From Oopsacas minuta (taxonomy: Eukaryota > Animalia > Porifera), in contig JAKMXF010000072.1 of the NCBI GenBank assembly GCA_024704765.1, positions 1-43,792 of the forward strand: a stretch of 43,792 nt of DNA. Reading direction: 5' to 3'. Under the pieces are notes generated by a model. The model did not search any database. It worked only from the letters and a program-made list of their open reading frames with translations, and was not told where the DNA came from. Below are positions 37,057 to 43,792 of the stretch, piece by piece (position 1 is the stretch's first letter; every line of letters begins with the position of its first letter). The position numbers were made by a program, and so were the translations under genes.

Positions 37057-37087
37057 GTAAGTAGTTTATTTGTATCGAATTATACAT

Positions 37088-37295
37088 ATGCTGGCGTGCT
37101 TCGTATGCTAGGTCGCTGCGTGACAGCTTAGTTCTCCATATTAGCTTGGGTTTTAATTAGCAGCTAAACTTATTTTGGTATTTGTCGCTAGGGTACAGAA
37201 TATTCTCTACACTACCTCCCTCGAATTCAATAATTAGTTAAAGTTTTATGATTTTATTATCCATGGTCCAACCAAATTACAATGAATGGCCTAAA
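37088..37295 (-). mobile_element. 3' end of a non-autonomous Helitron-like repeat (copy 3), just inside the PDI intron
   Basis: CTGGCGTGCTTCGTATGCTAGGTCGCTGCG matches the reverse complement of 2093-2123. TTATCCATGGTCCAACCAAATTACAATGAATGGC is shared with the other copies. Confidence 0.6.
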
Positions 37296-37831
37296 TCTTG
37301 AAGACACAAATATATATAGATTAATGAGTTCTATTATTGTCGTTATTTATATAATTTTGTATTTCATTTATATTCTATTTTGACAACTAATTTATACTGA
37401 TAATTCTCCTTATCACTAAAAGCAGTTGCCTCCCGAAGGTTTGTCCTTCTCTATTTACTTTCTTTACTTATACAATCGGGGTCTGCCATTTTCTCCCTTA
37501 TCACCCCCTATTTGCGGACTTTCTCTTCAATATCTAAATTTGTGAATATTTTGGCTTATCATATTATTTTTGTATTTATCTCTTGATTTTAAACAAAATA
37601 ATGTGTGAATCAGTATACAGTGAATATGAAAATTTTGTAAAACTAATTACTATTCATATAAAGAATTTTTCAAAATGCTTTCCTATCAACCAAAGTTGAC
37701 ACCTCTCACTGATTTTCCCCAACAATATCATTTGTAATCGGAAGCATTTCAGGTATATGGCCACATTATTGCCATATTTTAACTAGTTGATCCCATTAAG
37801 TAGAGGTAAATAGTTTATACAGTAGCATATA

Positions 37832-38067
37832 CCGTAGACTGGGGCTACTTTGGCCTACTGGGTTTGCTTTAGCCCAAATATCAAAGTCTCAAAGAAATTA
37901 GATTAGATTCAGTATAATACTTGAATATGACTTGCCAAATTTTTAACGAATTTTCAAATATGGGTAGACAATTTCGAATACAAATACAATATCTATTCGA
38001 TACGTAAGGAAATTTCAATATTTGGGCTAAAGCAAACCCAGTGGGCCAAAGTAGCCCCAGTTTACGG
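37832..38067. mobile_element. 236-bp TA-targeting MITE (Tc1/pogo-type)
   Basis: About 50-bp TIRs CCGTA(G/A)ACTGGGGCTACTTTGGCC(T/C)ACTGGGTTTGCTTTAGCCCAAATAT with TA on both sides. Confidence 0.9.
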
Positions 38068-38377
38068 TACCCAAAAATACTTGTCCAATCCCTTAGCTTT
38101 ATTCTCACATACATGCTCCTTTATCACTGATAATTTGAATTGTATCCGTAAAACGTATTTTTTGGTTTGGCCATAACTGAATATTTGTTACACCCTTTGT
38201 GGCACAATCAAAAATTGTAATATCTTCTAAGATATTTTGTCATTTCCCAAGCTCCAATTAGCAAAATTCACACATTTTCCCGTGTAATCATTTAATTTGA
38301 AAGAGACCAAGTCTCTGACTATTTACTCGTTTTTTCCATTGAAATTTATACTGAAATTGGCTAATGTCCAATTTTCT

Positions 38378-39289
38378 CTAAATNTATATATTAACTAAAT
38401 CATTTGCTTTGTCACGCATCTGATCAGAGAGTAAAGAAATCAATTCTGATAAAAATCCAAACCTGTCCCTGATGACACAATATGCCGCCTGTCTTTGATT
38501 CAAAGCTGCCACTAGTTTATCAATAATTGGAATGAAATTTGTTACCATGAATTCATTTGATGGAGAAAGTTCAGCATCTTCAGTATCACCATTGTCAAAT
38601 TTATTATTTCGCTTACGCTTTCTTCGATGTTCTTTGGAGTACGTTGCACAGTGATAAAGAACCTTACTTCGATGCTCAAACTCCATAAACTGAGATCATA
38701 GTGAATGTACAAATTCTTTCAATGATTCTAACAACTTTGTGGCTGTATTCAAATCTAAACTTGCATCTTGAAGACATTTGCTAGTTTTATTAAACCTAAT
38801 CAATATTGTAGACCAAATTTGTAACATTAGTCCTGTTTCTAAACGATTCATTATTGCAGCAAGTCCCTTTGCCTCCAAAGTGTCACAGGTTTCTCAGATT
38901 TATCTTCGCACATTAGTACAAGTACTTCTTCAATATTTGTATAACCTTGTAGTAGGCATCTACCGCATCATGGTGTGCAGACCATCGTGTGTCTGAAAGT
39001 CTTTTCAAAGTTGGTATTCCAAACTTCTTGAAGACATCAAGAAGGAGATCCCATCTATGAGTGGAGGCAGAGAAAAACACATACAACTTTTGTACAAAAT
39101 AGAAAATTGAGACTGCAGCTGAACAACATTCTACAGCACTTTGTCCGATAAGATTGAGGGAATGTGCACAACATGGAATGAATTCAGCGAACTTATTCTT
39201 TTCGTGAATCAAAGCCTGCATGCCATTATACTTTCCGCTCATGTTTGATGCGTTGTCATATGTTTGACCTCGAAAGTCTTTAATGGAAA
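38378..39289 (-). pseudogene. hAT transposase relic (ZMYM1-type); 5' part cut off by the foldback element
   Basis: FRGQTYDNASNMSGKYNGMQA, IPCCAHSLNL, LKRLSDTRWSAHHDAV, SKCLQDASLDL, FIPIIDKL..RF. Confidence 0.85.
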
Positions 39290-39499
39290 CACCCCAACCT
39301 TTGCAAGATGGTAAAAAATCGCTATATGAGCCGGTATAGAGCATTTTAAGAGATGAAAATTGAGCTAGAGATTTCTAAAATCGGTCAGTGACAAAGAGTT
39401 ACAGCAATTCGAGCCTATAAGCCAAAGTATATCGAGAAAATTGAAATTACATTGAAACCAAATATATTACAATCATAGTCTTGCAAATAGCATAGTAGT

Positions 39500-41539
39500 C
39501 AGTGCCCCCCCCCTAAGCAAAGTTATGGGCCATATTTGGTTGGCCTTATGGCCTGTTTTATCGGCCGAAAACTATCTAATAGCGGCAAAGTTCCTGCTGG
39601 AGATTACGACACTTTTCAGGACATTCAAATGAAACCCAACATCGATATTGCCGAAATCGCTGAATTTATATCGTATATGATCATATTAATAACTGTTAAG
39701 CCTATGCCTATACTAATAATATCTACTCAAAAAATATATTTTCGCCTCTTTGGAGTTGGTTCCTCTGCTTCAGATCCCTCCAGACCAATTCTAAAGCTTA
39801 TTCCTGCTCCGCACTCTCGACGAATGAATTTTAGCTCCCTCTGAACATTTCATCATCGGCCTTTTCCCACTCAATATCTGCCATATCTTTCTCATCCTCG
39901 CTGAAATCCTCATCATCAAGATCATCCAACTCCTCCAAAGTCATGTGGTGAACATTGACTGAGCCTACTAAGGTCGATTTCAATGCCTTTTGTCACCTTG
40001 TTTTAGGTCTTGCCAGTGTTTTGTAATATCCTCACTATCCGGAAGTGGACTCAATTTCATACTCATAGCCGCCTCCAGATTAGCCCTCCTACGCGATTCC
40101 TATTTTTGGTCCGAATTCTATTCAGAGTGCTGAACCCCCTTTCTGCCACAGCAGAGTCCGAAGATAGCGAGCCTAGTATATTTATAAAGTCTTTCAGGAT
40201 TGATTTGTCTGGCTCACCCAATCTTAGTGTTTTCTGAACCGTAAATATTTCGTATATGTCCCTCTGATGTGGTGCCTTACAGAGAGACCTATGGACTCGG
40301 ATCAGATTTTTCTTATCTCAGTTTCGTCTCCATATGCTGCGTAGAAGCGGAAAAATGAGCTCAAGTGCTATTCCATACTCTTCTCGACTAATCTTTTAGG
40401 GAAGCAGTTTTCTGCTTCTGCATCATCGTAAGGTCGAAGGACTCTAAGATCATAAATAGCTACAAGCTTTCCTTCATTCATCGGGAACCTACGTTGGACG
40501 CTGAGCATAGTTCCTTTGTGAATGCATTTCGGCGTTTTCTTTGGTTTCATCATCTGAATTATCCGCATCTTCATAGAAATCTTCCAACTGGGTAACCGCC
40601 CTTTCAATGATGAGGGATGCATTCCATGGGCTTGGTGAATTATACTGCAGACGAATAAATAGCCTATATAATACTCGAAGTGCTCGTCTCATTGTATTCA
40701 AATCAGTCAGAGAGATCTTGTCGGTTAATGAAGTGATCACAAACTGGGCCTCATGCGTTCTTTTTATGTGAGAATTAGTTGCCCATTGGACTATAGCCTT
40801 AGCATTTTTAGTGACAGAATTCACTGGCGAAAACGGCTAAGCCCCCTCGTATTACACCAGGGTCCAGGAAGGGTAATTCGTGAAAACGTGCTGACGAGTG
40901 ATTTATATTCTTGCCTTCTGTCAGAACTCCTCGAAAAAAATTTCTCATCAACAGTTATTCTAAACGGCATCTCAGACACAATCTTCATTAAACTAGGAAA
41001 CTGCAGCTCCGCTCCAGCTCGGAGAAACACGAACGGATAATTCTTGCTACTCCAATAAGGGGTCACTTCCACATCGCCTCTAGAAGTCGTGTTATCGGAT
41101 CAACTTTAATCATCGCCAATTCCTGTGTGGCGCAGAGAGCAACTACGTCTACAAATGGGGCAACCTGTCTGCGGAACGACTCAACCGCGCTTTGTTTTTC
41201 TTTTACAACCAGCTGCTTGCTTTTCTCGACCCATAGTCTTACAGGCATCCCATAAGTGAAGCAAAAGAAACACTACATAAAGAAAAAAATTTTATAAAAA
41301 TACTGTAATTGCTAATTAATCGTGTAAATTAGCATCAAGTGTAGAAAATAAAATTTGAAAGAATATAATAAACCAGTATTCGGCAGGGAAAATCGCGCAA
41401 ACTTTAGATACGATTGGCTATAGGAATTTTGAAATATTCACTTTGATCGGCTGCAGATCCGAATTGGCCGGCTGTTGGAATGCCAAATTGGCGTTTTGGG
41501 CGGCCAGCCGTCAGGTCAAAACGCTTAGGGGGAACACTG
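39500..41539 (-). mobile_element. 2040-bp hAT-type non-autonomous element carrying a non-transposase cargo ORF
   Basis: TIRs CAGTGCCCCCCCCCTAAGC and GCTTAGGGGGAACACTG. Perfect 8-bp TSD ATAGTAGT (39492-39499 and 41540-41547). TTGGCC-rich subterminal repeats. Confidence 0.9.
39850..41248 (-). pseudogene. Unrecognised degenerate ORF, roughly 450 codons across frameshifts, with an acidic C-terminus
   Basis: Consecutive minus-strand ORF pieces 41248-41063, 41072-40821, 40824-40489 and 40622-40368, then LEELDDLDDEDFSEDEKDMADIEWEKADDE. No hAT motifs seen. Confidence 0.45.
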
Positions 41540-43220
41540 ATAGTAGTGTGCATACAATAATACAACATACCTAATTAGCATTCCAATGTGTAAGTAATTT
41601 GTGTTACATATTAATCAATCTCTTAAATTTCCAAATAAATAAACATATTTAGTAACAGTCTGTAATAATGATATTCATTTGATTAACTAAATATCAAGAG
41701 ATTATTTAGTTATTACTTAAAATTTAAGTGGAGACGGTTATAAGTTCTATTCCTTGGGTATCACATTAAATCAAAGCTTTCATTGAAATTTTAGATATCA
41801 ATTAAATCACACTATAACACAAGACAATTTTACAATTGCATGCATCTTTTATTGCAACAGATTTCCTGAAACTTTATTACATGGTATGCTTATTTTTTGG
41901 TTATTGTCACTCATGTTTGGTTGTTTGTCCAGGATAGATTGAGGAACTTATAAGAACTAATGACTATATTTTCCATGGGGTTGTGGGATACTCAATCTGG
42001 CAACTTTTGAATAACTAATGCAAGTGTTTTTTTGTGAATCAATTCAAATTGTATTAGTAAATTAATATTGAGTTCACTGACTAAGGCCGAAAATTCGAAC
42101 AAAATTCCCTTATTAAGTAAACTGGAATAAGGCCGAAAATTATTCAATACACCAGCAGGAAGCAGCCTTATAACCAAGTCCGTTAAAGCCTCTGCGTTGG
42201 TCAGTCCAGGAGGCTGTTGCTACTAAACCCCTGAACTGTAGAGATCTAAGAGATTGATTAATACGTAACACAAATTAGTTACACACATTAGAATGCTAAA
42301 TAGGTATGTTGTAGTATTGTATGCACACTACTATGCTATTAGCAAGACAATTATTGTAGTATATTGGGCTTCAATTTAGTTGCAATTTTCTCCATAGACT
42401 TTGTCTTATAAGCTAGAATTGCTGTAACTCTTGTATTTCCTGACCGATTTTAGAAATCTCTAGCTCAATATTAATTTCTAAACATGTTCTATATCGGTCT
42501 ACATAGCGATTTTTACCATCTTGCAAAAGGTTGGGGTGTAACATCCTATAATTGTACCAAAGAAGTATAAGATATAATATTAATTCTCTTGGAAGACAAA
42601 AAATATTGAAATCGTAATCTACGCCCAAATTTAGCCCTAATTAACTAGTTGAAGCTAATGTCTCAGAAGATTTGAAGTGCTTACCAAAAGGTGTGAAAAT
42701 ATGATTAATCAAATGAAAAATTAGTGTATACTTGTATATTTAATCCAATGTATTGATCAATAGAATTGCAGTCTACATCAATACAAATATATTTCTACTA
42801 CATGTCAAAAGCAAGTCAGTTTTGCATTTTCGGCTTTATACTAAAGACATAAAAACTTAAAAATTTAAGCACATTATTATCAACCCCTACATGTATTTTA
42901 GAAATTCTGAGAAAAATAATGGCACTTGAATAACAATTTTCTGGATAATACGAAATATATGTGTGGTTAATCACCGACAGACTATGCCAAATTCCGCCAC
43001 GGCTTGCCACAAGAAACTTGACAAAATATAATTACAAAAATGAAAGTATTCTACATCTGTCCATTCGTAAATTATCGAAAAGTAAAACTTAAAATTGTAA
43101 CTCTCAATTTGAGGGAGCCCTGTACACTCAAAAATGTAAATAAATTGCACGAGAAGGGGCGGGAATTCAAACAAGATTATGTAAAAAATTGAGGCAGGAA
43201 TCGACCAAATTCGTGAAGTA

Positions 43221-43792
43221 CAGGGTGGCCTTGAAGTCCTGTTCCATTGATAAAGTGGAATTGCTTGACTAAACTGTATCCTATAGGCTGGCAATTTTTA
43301 TTCGTATACAGAATACTATCAGAATATATAATATCTTTACTACTCAATATAACCTCCTAGTTTTTTAACTACGGCTCTCAATCTTTCAGAAAATGCTCCA
43401 ACCGCGGCACGAATGCTTTCCTGAGGTATTTTGTTCCACTCCCTTGTTAAAGACCGCTTCAAACACTCGACAGAGGTATGAGACTTGGCGCAAGCATTGG
43501 TCTCCAGGATGGACCAAATTGCAAAGTCCATCGGTTCAGGTCTGGACTATAGGGAGGCCATTCTGTCTTCTGAATAAATCCTGGAAAATTGTGTTGGAGC
43601 CAGGTTTGGGTACTATTGGCGGTATGAGCCGGTGCTCTATCCTGCTGGAATATAAACGGTTCTCCATTAAACATTGTTTGACCTAGATTCTGCAATACAG
43701 GCTCCAAGATAAGCTCCCGATAGGTGGTAGCATTTATTTTTACTCCAGGGGGGACAAATATCAATGGTGTCCGAGCAGTTGCCGAGACACCA
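43221..43792 (-). mobile_element. DD37D (maT-type) element, 3' half; runs off the window end
   Basis: TA|CAGGGTGGCC terminus at 43221. IFVPPGVKINA, QQDRAPAH..SPDLN(fs)MDFAIW..GGYIE*, a paralog of 27024-28051. Confidence 0.9.

Larger units (their letters stand above)
39290..42538. mobile_element. Foldback-like element with about 295-bp imperfect inverted arms; left arm split by a hAT-type insertion
   Basis: 39290-39499 plus 41548-41631 together align with the reverse complement of 42241-42538, starting CACCCCAACCTTTGCAAGATGG. Right flank TA, left flank AA. Confidence 0.75.

Noticed and set aside
1-43792. CRISPR arrays, rRNA/tRNA genes, prokaryotic operons
   Set aside because: No regularly spaced repeat-spacer array or RNA-gene structure seen. 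Spliceosomal signals and TE content indicate a eukaryote. Most short ORFs in the track are antisense or off-frame shadows of TE relics.

Overview
AT-rich eukaryotic DNA, metazoan-like, made almost entirely of nested and mostly decayed DNA transposons. These are a Helitron (Rep plus an OTU-protease remnant), three hAT transposase relics, several hAT MITEs, six Tc1/mariner elements (DD37E, DD37D, DD34D), a Ginger-like TGT...ACA element, Transib/RAG1-like fragments, non-autonomous Helitrons, a foldback element and a near-perfect 197-bp palindrome. The only clear host gene is protein disulfide isomerase (P4HB/PDIA1-like), and its two parts are in reversed genomic order. The 3' exon (10420-10685, ending HDDL*) lies about 25 kb upstream of the 5' exon (35820-37056), yet the two splice in frame into a 500-aa PDI. 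Separately, a 13.2-kb segment (11571-24809) is bounded by the same 8-mer, ACTGTGGA, directly inside two facing hAT-MITE ends, which is the pattern expected from reversed-end transposition or circular permutation. All alignments and coordinates were read by eye, and family assignments come from recalled motifs rather than database searches. A non-bilaterian host such as a sponge or cnidarian is only a guess.
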